A stretch of 63,124 nt of DNA, counting the filler, from Octopus bimaculoides (Eukaryota): assembly GCF_001194135.2 (NCBI RefSeq). It is 10 parts of 9 records of this genome, joined end to end, with 100 filler letters (N's around TTAATTAATTAA, not from the genome) between each part and the next. Parts side by side here need not be neighbours in the genome. Positions count along the whole stretch, not along the records: positions 1 to 11,584 come from NC_068996.1; 9 more parts are not named here. One strand, 5' to 3'. This document shows, one piece after another, positions 1 through 10,576 of the stretch. The notes beneath the pieces were generated by a model, which ran no database searches, was not told the origin of the DNA, and saw nothing but the letters and a program-made list of their open reading frames with translations. Within the stretch, counting starts at the first letter, position 1, and every line of letters starts with the position of its first letter. Both the position numbers and the translations under genes were made by a program.

Positions 1-347
1 CAATTCTACTCCTCCAGTTTGATTTTCTTTTCGAATTTGGTATTGTTGGCTTGTTGGGTGTTAAACAGCGTCTTTCGATTACTTTAGCAACAGAGTAAAT
101 GATTTCATTCAATTTATTAAGATCGGGTTTTAGTTGTTGTATGATCTCTTGTGTAACGCAGTTGCCAATTTTTATTTGCGTTTTATGTTGGTGTGCATTT
201 GAGAGTTTATGGAGTGGTTTCCTATCATTAATATTTGTATGCCCTACAACTGCAAGCTCATTCAGAACTTCCTGCTTCATTTCAGTGATAGATTTTCTGT
301 GTTGTTCTGCAAATATGTGGTCTAGTGATAGATTTTCTGTGTTGTTC
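1..347 (-). mobile_element. R4/Dong-clade non-LTR retrotransposon, N-terminal ORF fragment running off the window
   Basis: My translation of the minus strand is stop-free from ~300 to 1 (RKSITEMKQEVLNEL...RKPLHKL...DLNKLNEIIYSVAKVIERR...SNWRSRI). It resembles the region upstream of the RT in R4/Dong ORFs. A 24-bp direct duplication lies at 284-307 and 324-347. Confidence 0.55.
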
Positions 348-349
348 GG

Positions 350-350
350 C

Positions 351-425
<75 letters not shown>
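350..425. repeat. (ATT)n microsatellite
   Basis: Direct reading of the sequence. Confidence 0.99.
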
Positions 426-427
<2 letters not shown>

Positions 428-471
428 ATCACTGCCTGGAATCGAATTCGGACTCTTATGCCTATGGGCAT

Positions 472-589
472 ATGGCGTATTGGTTAAGATCGCGGACCAC
501 TAACCCCAAGATCCCGGGTTCGATTCCAGACAGTGGCCTGAATAATAATAATAATAATAATTATAATAATGAAAATAATAATAATAATG

Positions 590-671
<82 letters not shown>

Positions 672-683
672 TAATAATAATAA
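472..683 (+). mobile_element. Very short tRNA-derived SINE with (AAT)n tail
   Basis: A box TGGCGTATTGG at 473-483 and B box GGTTCGATTCC at 517-527, followed directly by (AAT)n from 541. No complete tRNA acceptor stem is evident. Confidence 0.7.
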
Positions 684-929
684 TGACATCCAAAAATACC
701 TTAGGAATGATATTTCATCTCATGGTGAAGTTTAATATCAAGCACAGGTTTATACGTCAGCAATCTAGTCAACAGAACTGAAATGCAAATGTACACCTGA
801 AGGACTAACGAGCTTATAAACAATTGAAAGGAATTTGTAATAATCCAAAGATATTTCGACTGTTCAAAAACAATAATAATTCTTTCTCTAATAAATGACC
901 TGAAATTTAAGGAAAGGGAATGAGAGGAT

Positions 930-1089
930 TACATCGATCCCAATACTTGACTGGTAATTAATTTATCGGCCTTGATAGGACGAAAGGCAAAGTAGACCTC
1001 GTCAGAATTTGAGCTCAAAACGTAAAATCCGAACAAAGTACCGCTAAGCATTTCAAACAGTGTGCTAATGATTCTGCCAGCTTCCCGCC

Positions 1090-1140
<51 letters not shown>

Positions 1141-1350
1141 ATTTCCGATTTTGGCAAAAGGCCAATTTCGGTGGGATGGCGGAAAAATTGATAACATCGA
1201 CCCCTGTGCTCAATTAGTACGCATTTAGTCGTTTCCGAGGAATGAAAAACAAAGTCAACCTCGGTGAAATTTGAACTCAGAACGGAAAGACAGATGAAGT
1301 ACCACTAATCATTTCACTCGGCGTGCTAATTTTTCTGCCAACTTGTCACC
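930..1350 (-). mobile_element. Two copies of tRNA-derived SINE family B, separated by (TAG)n
   Basis: Both match the recurring consensus ggcggcgagctggcagaa...gttctgagttcaaattccgccgaggtcgactttgcctttcatcc, best preserved at 50379-50588. Confidence 0.8.
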
Positions 1351-1353
1351 TTA

Positions 1354-1396
<43 letters not shown>

Positions 1397-1599
1397 NNNN
1401 NNNNNNNNNNNNNNNNNNNNNNNNNNNNNNNNNNNNNNNNNNNNNNNNNNNNNNNNNNNNNNNNNNNNNNNNNNNNNNNNNNNNNNNNNNNNNNNNTGGA
1501 GTTCTGTGTCAGGCGTTCCTTAAGCCTTCTGTCCCACCATACCATGGCAATATGACCATCCCCAATATGACCATCCCCATGGCAATATGACCATCTGTT

Positions 1600-2700
1600 T
1601 CAACACACGATTTCACATAAGAAATCTTGCAAAACAAATATATATATANNNNNNNNNNACAAAGTTTGAATTGTTTCCAAAAGAATTTTTGTCAATTTTT
1701 CAGCTAAAACTGTCTCCAGCTCTTGAGGAGGATATCGACGCTTTACTTGTTTTTCTAAAATGCACCATAAATGTTCAATAGCATTGAAATTTGGATACTG
1801 TGGTGGCCAGATAAGATGTTCAACTTCACTAGAATGCTCCTCGTGCCATTCTTTAACAAGTTCACCTGCGTGCATTGGTGCATTAGAATCCTGAAAAATT
1901 GCATTTTCCTCTGGAAGCAGTTCTACAACCATAGGATTAATTTGATCAGATAAAATACTTAAACAGTATTGACTATTAATTCTGCCATAAAGGGAAACCA
2001 TTGTGCCGGCGGATTTCCAAGATGTAGCCGCCCCCCAGCTCATCACAGATCATCCTCCGTGTTTAACAGTTGGAAGAAGGCAGAGTCTGGGTCAAATGCT
2101 TCTTTTGGCTGTCTCCACACGTATATTCAGCCGGTGGTCGGAAATAAAGTAACGGATGACTAGTTCGAGAAAATAAAATTCTTCCACTGCGCTAGGGACC
2201 AATTCTGTAGGTTTTTAGTCCGCTCTAAACGCTTTGCAACGTTTGTTTTTGAAAGTAGTGGTTTTCTGATAGTAGCCCTCCCAGTAAATCCGTCTTTGTG
2301 GAGCTCCCGGCGAACAGTTTTTGTGAAAACTGGGTTCTGGAGCTGGTTATTAAGCTCTGCAGTAATTTTGGGAGCTGTACTTTTGTGATCCTTTCTAACA
2401 ATTTGTATAAGAGTCCAACGATTCCTATCTGAATGTTTTGGTTTTCTTCCGGACTTTTGTTTCGACGAGGTTTATCCCTCTTTCTCAAAGGCTGTCATCA
2501 CTTTCGAGAATGTACTTCTTGATGCATCAATCGGTTCGGCTGTTTTAGTTACGCTAGCACCTGCCATAGGAGCACCAACAATTTGGCCTCTTTGTAAGTC
2601 TCATGAATCTGTCATTTTGTCATTTTAATGAATTTTAATTACCTTTTTCTGATATCTGAAACGAAACAGCAATTTTAGGAAAACATATTAAGCATCACTA
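1600..2700 (-). mobile_element. Degenerate Tc1-family DNA transposon
   Basis: ATG at 2615 gives MTDS*DLQRGQIVGAPMAGASVTKTAE. The catalytic region reads MMSWGAATSW...IFQDSNAPMH...WPPQYPNFNAIEHLW (DD34E-type). Stops and frameshifts are present. Confidence 0.9.
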
Positions 2701-2837
2701 ATAATAAATCAAAAACATAAAAATAAACAAGCTTTTGGCGGTTTTATAGATATTTCAAAAGTATGATGCTATGATGCTAGGTGTTTCCAAGTACCTATAT
2801 CTATGTATCTAACAATCCAAATATCTATCAATTTATA

Positions 2838-3175
2838 TGCAGTAAGAAGCTCGGTTCCCAATCACATGGTTCCGGTTTCAGTCTCACTGCGTAGCACCAC
2901 GGTCAAGTGCTTTCTACTGTAGCCTAGGGCCGACCAAAACCTTGTTAGTGGCTTTGGCAGATGGAAACTGAAAGAAGTCTATCATATATATGTATGTGTG
3001 TGTGTGTATGTATGTGTGTGAGTTTCTGCCTGTGATTAACCTCCCCATCACCGCTTGACAACGGATGTTGGCATGCTTACGTTCTCGTAACCTGTCCGAA
3101 TAAGTACCAGGCTTTTAAAAAATTGCTGAGATCGATTCTTTCGGTTACAGTCTAATTACTGAAACAAGTAAAAGA
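2838..3175 (+). mobile_element. tRNA-derived SINE family A (CORE-like body, microsatellite, tail)
   Basis: Matches the copies at 5553, 23200, 25060, 28948 and 61268 (gtggtaagtagcttgctt...ccttgggcaagtgtcttctactatagcc...ggaaactgaaagaagcc). Confidence 0.8.
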
Positions 3176-3524
3176 TATATATATATATATATGTTTCTGC
3201 TACAAGCTGAGCGAAAATTTCGCTACTATAGGCGAATTTTTGAACGAGCCTGTATAAATCACGAGTTAGATTCTAGCTCACTGATATTATACAGAGAATA
3301 AGAAGGAAGATATTACTTTTAAGAAAGCCCCCCGCTCTCAAAAAAGATCTTGAATCATTCAGGTCGGAACCTGGAACGAAACAGAGATTGCAGGATTTCA
3401 AACTCAATGCATCGTGACTCAATGCAACTCTCACCATAGCTGCAAGCAGACTGCTTAATAGGAAGGTAGCGGGAAGGGAAAGAACAGATACTGGTACAAG
3501 AGGATAATATTTTACAGAAAACCA

Positions 3525-3597
<73 letters not shown>

Positions 3598-3619
<22 letters not shown>

Positions 3620-5430
3620 TGAAAAGCACTATGGAAGGTAAGATTGACATGCCAAATTGGCTTGCTATAACGTGGACAAATCTTATAGCAAAGAATGAAA
3701 CTTTGCCTGATAACTACAAGTCTATTGCTTGCCTAAACATTATGTGTAAATTGTATACAAGCGGCATCAACCAATTCCTGCAGGATCATTGTGAGTCTAA
3801 CAATATAGTGACTTATGAGCAGGCCGATAAAAAGAAAGGAGCATGGATATATGCCGAACAACTTCTGATGCACAAGCTGTTGAGTTCGAAGGGAAGAAAC
3901 GTCGTTGGAGCCTTGCAGCAGTATGGTTTGGTTAAAGGCATTCTATTCTATACTTAACTCTTGGCTGCTGAAGTGTCTACGTTCTGCAGAGTGCCTGCTA
4001 CCCTAATTGCTACCATTAAGAGGCTCGGAAAGACCTGAACAACAATTCTTACACTGAGAACGGACGATCGTTTCCGACGTTATAAATAGTTCAAGGTAAT
4101 GTTCCAACGACATAGTCTTTCAGTAATTCTATTCATTTTGGCATTAAATCCATCATAATTCTTGCTACAATAAACATCTGACTGTTTGCTAGGGTCTGCA
4201 ACTGCTAGAGATATTAATGTAATCCATAATTCCTTTGTGGATGTCTTCAAGACTTATTCTAAAAATGTTTACAATGTCAAAAGACAGCTGGAATTAATAA
4301 CATTTTAAGCTGACATAGGAATGGAATTTGACCAAAAACAAATGTTCATATTTCATTGTCGAAAGCGGAAAATTTGTCCCCCAGATTCAAAAACCTGTGC
4401 ATCAATGGTTTCCTAATCTCCCCTGTTTTACACAGAATAATACAACTATCTAAGCGTTGATGAAAACATATCATACGATGGTGCTGTAAATAAAGATAGT
4501 GACCCGTGAATATGAACCAGACTTAGAGACTATGGAATCGGAACTATTTTCTTACAAAAAGACAATATTTTACTATGCATTTTCAGTGCCAATACTGATT
4601 CCAGCATTTGGGATATTTGACTAGTCTCTAAAAGAAATCCATTCCATTAATGTTAAAATCCATAGGATCCTGACGTCAATTGGAAATCTCTTGAGAAAAT
4701 AGTTTCTATCTAATAAGAGATAACGGAGGTAGAGGCTTGAGAACAGTGCAGATAGTCTTCGAATGTCGAATAGCTTTATTCAGACAGCACTTGCAAAACA
4801 ACAGCAAAAATAAATACAGCGCTGCAAAGTGAAGAGAATAATATCCTACGCATCATTAGCAAGTGCCTTAGGAAACAATCTATAACTGATGCCCTCCCAT
4901 ACAATCCCCAAATTGCCGGACTAACATACCTCAAAGAAGACCTGGTTGTGAAACGTTCATCATACGAAAAGAAGAAGGCAAGGGTATCTTTTTAGAAGAA
5001 CTGAATATGACAATAATATCGGCATGAAAAGCAGCCTCTCTTTGACTCGTTACCTTTCCATCACATCATAAATTGAAAGTTATGCATTTTCAATCCAAGA
5101 ACAGGAGATTCTTACGAAATATCTAATGAACAAAATAGACAGTGAAGCCCTTGGAACTCCAAGATGTAACCGAAAATGTAAATTGTCATATCTCTGCGGA
5201 AGACATCGCCAATGTGATTAACAGCTGCCCTAAAATGTTATGGTACTACATCTTTATGCGACATGACATTGTCTTAAAAATAATATACAATACCATTCGG
5301 CAAAAACACCTATGATAAATATAGAGTATCTGCCTGTTATTGAACACATACACAAACATCAACACAAAGATTACTGGTGGAACATTCCCATGAAAATCTC
5401 TGCCAAGCATCATAGACCAGATACTGTTGT
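3598..5430 (+). mobile_element. Degenerate R4/Dong-clade retrotransposon (RT plus restriction-like endonuclease)
   Basis: RT motifs NYKSIACLNIMCKLYT, MFQRHSLSVILFILALNP and ADIGMEF. The C-terminus has MRHDIVLKIIYNTI and YWWNIPMKISAKHHRPDTVV (RH...PD, RLE-type). Many stops. Confidence 0.8.
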
Positions 5431-5552
5431 TACCTCACGGTCATGACCTAGTCGAGAGCATTTTATTCTTGAATGGAAACATCGTGTTTACGTTACCTTT
5501 CATGCAAACTGTAAAATTTAATCCAGTCTATATACATGCATACATAAACAAA

Positions 5553-5720
5553 GTGGCGTAGTTGTGTGGTAAGTAGCTTGCTTCCCAACTACATGGTTAC
5601 AAGTTCAGTCTCACTGTGCCGCGTCTTGGCCAGGGGTCTCTTACAATAGCCTCGAGCTGACCAAGGCCTTGTGAGTGGATTTGGCAGAGTGAAACCGAAA
5701 GGCACCCGTCGTATATATAC
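5553..5720 (+). mobile_element. SINE family A copy followed by (GT)n
   Basis: Similarity to other family A copies. Confidence 0.85.
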
Positions 5721-5721
5721 A

Positions 5722-5806
<85 letters not shown>

Positions 5807-5820
5807 GTGCGCGCGCGTGT

Positions 5821-6030
5821 GCATCATCATCATCATTTAACATACACTTTCTATGCTTGCATAGGTTAGATGAAATTTGTTGAGGCAGAATTTCTACAAC
5901 CAGACATCCTTCCTGTTCCCAACTCTTATCTATTTCCAAGCAAGTTAATATTTCCCATGGCCAGACATGTTTTTCTGTGGAAGACAAGAAACAAATAACA
6001 ATACTTGTATGATGGCAATGCATTCTGTTA
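5821..6030 (-). mobile_element. RTE-tail SINE fragment (family C-related) with (CAT)n tail
   Basis: Matches 24740-24960 (catcatcatttaac...ccatgcttgcat...gatgcccttcctg...ttcccatggccagacatgttt). Confidence 0.65.
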
Positions 6031-6099
6031 ATAACTCTATTGATATTTAAATGGAATACTTAATAACAGTACAAATAAATGCAGCTATAAACTAAGTTG

Positions 6100-7245
6100 C
6101 ATTTCTTTAGGAGGATTGCTGATAATCCATCAAGATCTGTGGCTGAGTTTGAGCACATTTCATCAATGGCTGATATCACGGCTGGTTTCCTCTATTTTAA
6201 TTGCTATTTCGTTGTGTAGGGCTGGGAAGCCAAAGAACTCGTCAGGCATGGCTATTTGAAAGTGTTCCAATGGAGTGGTGAAAACTCTCTTATATTGCAT
6301 GTTCAGTATTTCACTGATCCTCTAAGGTTCTGCGGTCGGTGAAGTATTTTCTTCCAATAGTGGCCCTATTTTGTACCGTACTGAAGCAGCCTCTTTTGCA
6401 TATCTGAAGAAGGCTTTAGGGTGTGTCTATATTTCTGACAGCCCTGATTTCTTTATCTGCTCCATCTTTTTCAAGGCAGTGTTTAGACTCATTCTTGATA
6501 TCGAGCAATATTTTTGTTTGACATAAGATCGATTGCTATCCCTTAGTGGCCCATTTAGACTGTTTGAAGGTATTGCTCATCGTCTCATTAGAATCCTCCT
6601 ATCACTGGGAATTATATTTTTCTGTTGGTTTGGTATTTTCTCTGGAGCAAACTTCCTGCATATTTCATGCATGATTGTCATAAAGTGTTGTAACTTTATG
6701 TCTATATCTACTTGCGTACATAGACTGGTGCACCAGTTTTATTCCATGATCTCTTTTTCAATACCCGTCCAATCAGCTTTGTAAAAGTTCAGACTGGAGT
6801 GATGTTGGGTTTCTTTAGTAGCCTGCATGTCTGTAGTCTTCTGTGAGCCATACATTGTTAGTGCAGTGGCATACATGAGAGAAGGCGGCCCTCAGGCCAT
6901 TCGACATAAGGGAGGTTGAAATCCCCTAGAAGTATGTGCAGGCTGTCATCCAGGTTAGTTGAAACTTCTTTTATTTCTTGAGACTCCCTTCAAATGATTT
7001 GGAGTGTGTGGTGGGTGACACATGGTACATATTACTATTTTCATCTGTTTGATGTGTACCACCGGAGTTTCGCAGATTAAGTTTGAGTGTGAGTGCAGGG
7101 TCACAGGCTTGTACATTGCCACTCCAACATGAACTCTTTCTTTCCTGTCAGTTCGAAACACAACATACTCTGGTATGTGTATCTCAGCATCTGATATATC
7201 CACGTTTAGATGTGTTTCTATTAGTGACTCACTGATTCATGACAT
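6100..7245 (-). mobile_element. Degenerate CR1-group LINE (AP endonuclease to start of RT)
   Basis: Motifs LIETHLNVDISDAEIHIPEYVVFRTDR, HILLGDFNLP, LNFYKADW and SATDLDGLSAILLKKC. Frameshifted. Confidence 0.75.
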
Positions 7246-7508
7246 GTCACAAAGTCTCTCAGATACAGTATTTTGAGTTATTGGGACTTTTCGAGGCCCC
7301 TAATGTATTATAATTGCTATTTCTGTTCAGAACAGGTTTCAACATTTTAACAAAACGTTTCCCTTTTATCTTTCTTCGAAACTCACTTACGTCAGGTACT
7401 TTTGGGAAATGAAAAATTAGAAACATCTTCTGACCACTTGTTTCTATATTTTTGCCCAATGGAATTTGGCGAACATTAGTGTTCCGGATTTGTTGTATAT
7501 ATATATAA

Positions 7509-7742
7509 TTTAAAATTTAGGCTTCAGCAAGTATTGCTTCACCAAACACCGAAAATTAGAAATACCAGCCAAAACTACTATTTCTCTACTAAAATACGAC
7601 TCCCAGAAACAGTAACACTCGCAAAATAACGAATCTACCCGATCTTGATTGATTGTGCACGCGCGTTTCTTGATCAATGAGGTGTGAAAATATATTTCGA
7701 TGTGTGGTGAAGCAATACTTGTTGAATCCTAAATTTTAAATT
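7509..7742. mobile_element. MITE with ~45-bp terminal inverted repeats
   Basis: Left tttaaaatttaggcttcagcaagtattgcttcaccaaacaccgaaa versus reverse complement of right tttaaaatttaggattcaacaagtattgcttcaccacacatcgaaa (4 mismatches). Confidence 0.8.
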
Positions 7743-8163
7743 GTGTTTATATATTTAATGATAATGGTTTTTAACACACCGAACTACTTAGTAAAATTAC
7801 TAATTATCAATTAATTATTAATTTTTACCCTGTATCACATACATACATACNNNNNNNNNNNNNNNNNNNNNNNNNNNNNNNNNNNNNNNNNNNNNNNNNN
7901 NNNNNNNNNNNNNNNNNNNNNNNNNNNNNNNNNNNNNNNNNNNNNNNNNNNNNNNNNNNNNNNNNNNNNNNNNNNNNNNNNNNNNNNNNNNNNNNNNNNN
8001 NNNNNNNNNNNNNNNNNNNNNNNNNNNNNNNNNNNNNNNNNNNNNNNNNNNNNNNNNNNNNNNNNNNNNNNNNNNNNNNNNNNNNNNNNNNNNNNNNNNN
8101 NNNNNNNNNNNNNNNNNNNNNNNNNNNNNNNNNNNNNNNNNNNNNNNNNNNNNNNNNNNNNNN

Positions 8164-8199
<36 letters not shown>

Positions 8200-8469
8200 A
8201 ATGAGATAAAGAGACCAAAGGAAAAAATAAATTTATTTTTGGCTTCGGTCGCTTTATCTCATTCTTTTTATATATACACACGCTAATACACGACCCATGT
8301 TAAATTCCCCAGTCATGCTGCAACCACATCAGGGGCAGAACTAGTCGGTATACAGCACTTACTCAGTATTACCTGTAACATTCGGGTCTGGTTGATTCCA
8401 TTACCCTTCATAACCTTTATATATATATATATAATATAGTATGAAGGTAAGCAACAAAAATTCAATAGG

Positions 8470-8564
8470 TTATAGCAGTACGTACGTTTCGTAGAAGCTC
8501 CATTTATTCATGTAGTGAGAACACTACAGAAAATACAATGAAAATGTACTCCTCAGCTGCATAA
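8470..8564 (-). ncRNA. Type I hammerhead ribozyme, antisense copy
   Basis: GCAG-CUGAGGA-GUAC...CUAC-GAAA-C-GUAC-G-UA-CUGC. One C-C mismatch in stem II relative to the right copy. Confidence 0.75.
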
Positions 8565-8589
8565 AGGTATTTCATTTTAGAAAGTCATT

Positions 8590-9468
8590 TTGAAGATGTT
8601 TGCAAAAAATTTCGACCCTAACCATAGATATTATAAAATCTTCTCTCAACACACAATCCGTATCTCATACTCTACTCTCCCCAATATAGGATCTATTATC
8701 AATAAGTTAAATAGAAAAAACTTTAAACTAGCTAGGACCCTTGAAAATAAAGATTGTCTTATTATTGATAGCAATACAAATAACTACCAAACTATTAATA
8801 ACACCAACGCAACCAATAATCATGCCCATGTTAATGAACATATTAATACTTCAACTGTTAACATAGTTGATGAGATAAATCTTCCTAGATCAAACAATAT
8901 CAATTGCATATCTAATAATACAACCAACAATATTGATGTAAATAATTTAGATACTTGTATCAATAATCAACATAGCAATATACATATAGCTAATAAGCCC
9001 CTTAATTGCAATTGTAGAATTAAAGCCCACTGTCCGGTATCTGGCCGTTGTTTAACCCGTAATGTAGTCTATAAATGTACAGTAACTACTCCAACTAATA
9101 ATTACATTTATGTTGGTTGCACAATCAACCTTAAACAACGATTATATAACCATTTTTCTTCATTTAGACTTAAACATAAAGCAAATAGCACATCATTATC
9201 TAATAAAATTTGGGAATTGAAGGAAAATGGTATTGATCTTAATCTTAAATGGGAAATCCTAAGGAGAGCACAACCTTATAGAAATAGTAGATATGGCTGT
9301 GGACTGTGTTCTATGGAAATTTATGAAATTTTTAAACTTAAGGATAACCCTAATCTAATTGACAATAGATCTGAGCTTGGGGTTCTATGTGTGCATTGTT
9401 ACTCCCGCACCTTTAAATATTTTAAAAGTAAATATTTTTTTAAAAGTAATTCTTACTTAATTTTTTAA
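8590..9468 (+). CDS. Penelope-like C-terminal half: post-RT linker, Cys motif and GIY-YIG endonuclease (no RT)
   Basis: Stop-free 292 aa with KIFSQHTIRISYSTLPN, CNCRIKAHCPVSGRC, VVY...YVG, RLYNHFSSF, STSLSNKIWELK, CGLC and RSELGVLCVH. The first codons (MKMFA) derive from the inverted repeat. Confidence 0.8.
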   Translation: MKMFAKNFDPNHRYYKIFSQHTIRISYSTLPNIGSIINKLNRKNFKLARTLENKDCLIIDSNTNNYQTINNTNATNNHAHVNEHINTSTVNIVDEINLPRSNNINCISNNTTNNIDVNNLDTCINNQHSNIHIANKPLNCNCRIKAHCPVSGRCLTRNVVYKCTVTTPTNNYIYVGCTINLKQRLYNHFSSFRLKHKANSTSLSNKIWELKENGIDLNLKWEILRRAQPYRNSRYGCGLCSMEIYEIFKLKDNPNLIDNRSELGVLCVHCYSRTFKYFKSKYFFKSNSYLIF

Positions 9469-10188
9469 TTTAGTTCCTATCATTTCCCTGACTTTTTATT
9501 TGAGGTATGACTTTTAATATATACCTAGAATACATTTTAACCCTTCCCAACCCACTGATAGTAGTCCTACATTTTCTCTAAGTTATTCTGAGTCTTTTTC
9601 GAAAACCTTAGCTTTATTTCTCTTAATTTAGTCCTGTTTTTCTAACTCTATTCCTCTCACTTTTTTCCTCTTCCCCCTTCCCCACTTTCTTTCTGTTTGG
9701 ATTTTGGCCATTAATATTATTGTTTTACCCATAAATAATATCACACCACATTAATTTATATCTTATTTCAACTGGATATGTTTATCTTGTTCTATTATTA
9801 TTGTTCCCTATAGTTTTGAACTTAGTAGTTCAGTGCTTCATTGTATTATTCTATTTATACTGTAGAATAGATATATTTCTTTAATACCTTGACCTTAATT
9901 CCCTTACCTTAAATTTTTTCCAAATTCGTACCACTCCTTAGGGTATTGCCCTTCCATTTCCTTTTTTTTCTTCTTTCTCTCATGCTTGATTTACCCCTAA
10001 CCTGCTGTCCACCACTACTTAACCTGCCTTCCTCTAAATTTGAAATTACTACTATCCCTCCAATTAAATTTTAAATTCTTGTTTGATTCACTTGTCTGTG
10101 AAACAGCAGCATAGTCGAGATGTGTTTTCTTCTCTTACTCTTGTTTTTTGCAAACATCTTCAAAATGACTTTTTTAAAATGAAATTCC

Positions 10189-10284
10189 TTTATGCAGCTG
10201 AGGAGTACATTTTCATTGTATTTTCTGTAGTGTTCTCACTACATGAATAAATTGAGCTTGTACGAAACGTACGTACTGCTATAA
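10189..10284 (+). ncRNA. Type I hammerhead ribozyme, predicted cleavage after 10275 (GUA)
   Basis: Stem I GCAG(10194-97)/CUGC(10276-79), extendable by UUAU/AUAA across a bulge. Core CUGAGGA 10198-10204. Stem II GUAC/GUAC. GAAA 10264-67. Stem III is C-G closing the palindromic loop GUAC. Confidence 0.85.
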
Positions 10285-10576
10285 CCTATTGAATTTTTGT
10301 TGCTTAACTTTAAATTTTATTCAACAAATCTCTTAATTTTGTTTTCGGTTTTTATCCTACCAAATTCTGGTGCCTCAAACATTTTAAGTACCACATTTAA
10401 TCTTTTGATTAAATCTATATTATATATATATATATATATATAAATGAACACACACATGACAGAAGTAAACAGGCACACCTTAAACATTGTTTTATGTTCA
10501 TTCTAACTTGTAAAGGTTTATATTTTTTATTGATTGACATTTCTATGCTTCATGTTTTACATGTAACTGTTTGATC

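Larger units (their letters stand above)
8448..10306 (+). mobile_element. 5'-truncated Penelope-like element with inverted pseudo-LTRs
   Basis: Inverted repeats at 8448-8609 and 10144-10306 (about 5 differences) enclose a GIY-YIG ORF and a pyrimidine-rich 3' region. Each repeat holds a hammerhead motif. Confidence 0.85.

Noticed and set aside
472-540. Functional tRNA gene
   Set aside because: No closing acceptor stem is evident and it runs into an AAT tail, so it is better explained as a SINE head.
6195-6250. Minus-strand CTGACGA-GTT...AAC-GAAA
   Set aside because: No stem I pairing, and it lies within LINE coding remnant. Probably chance.
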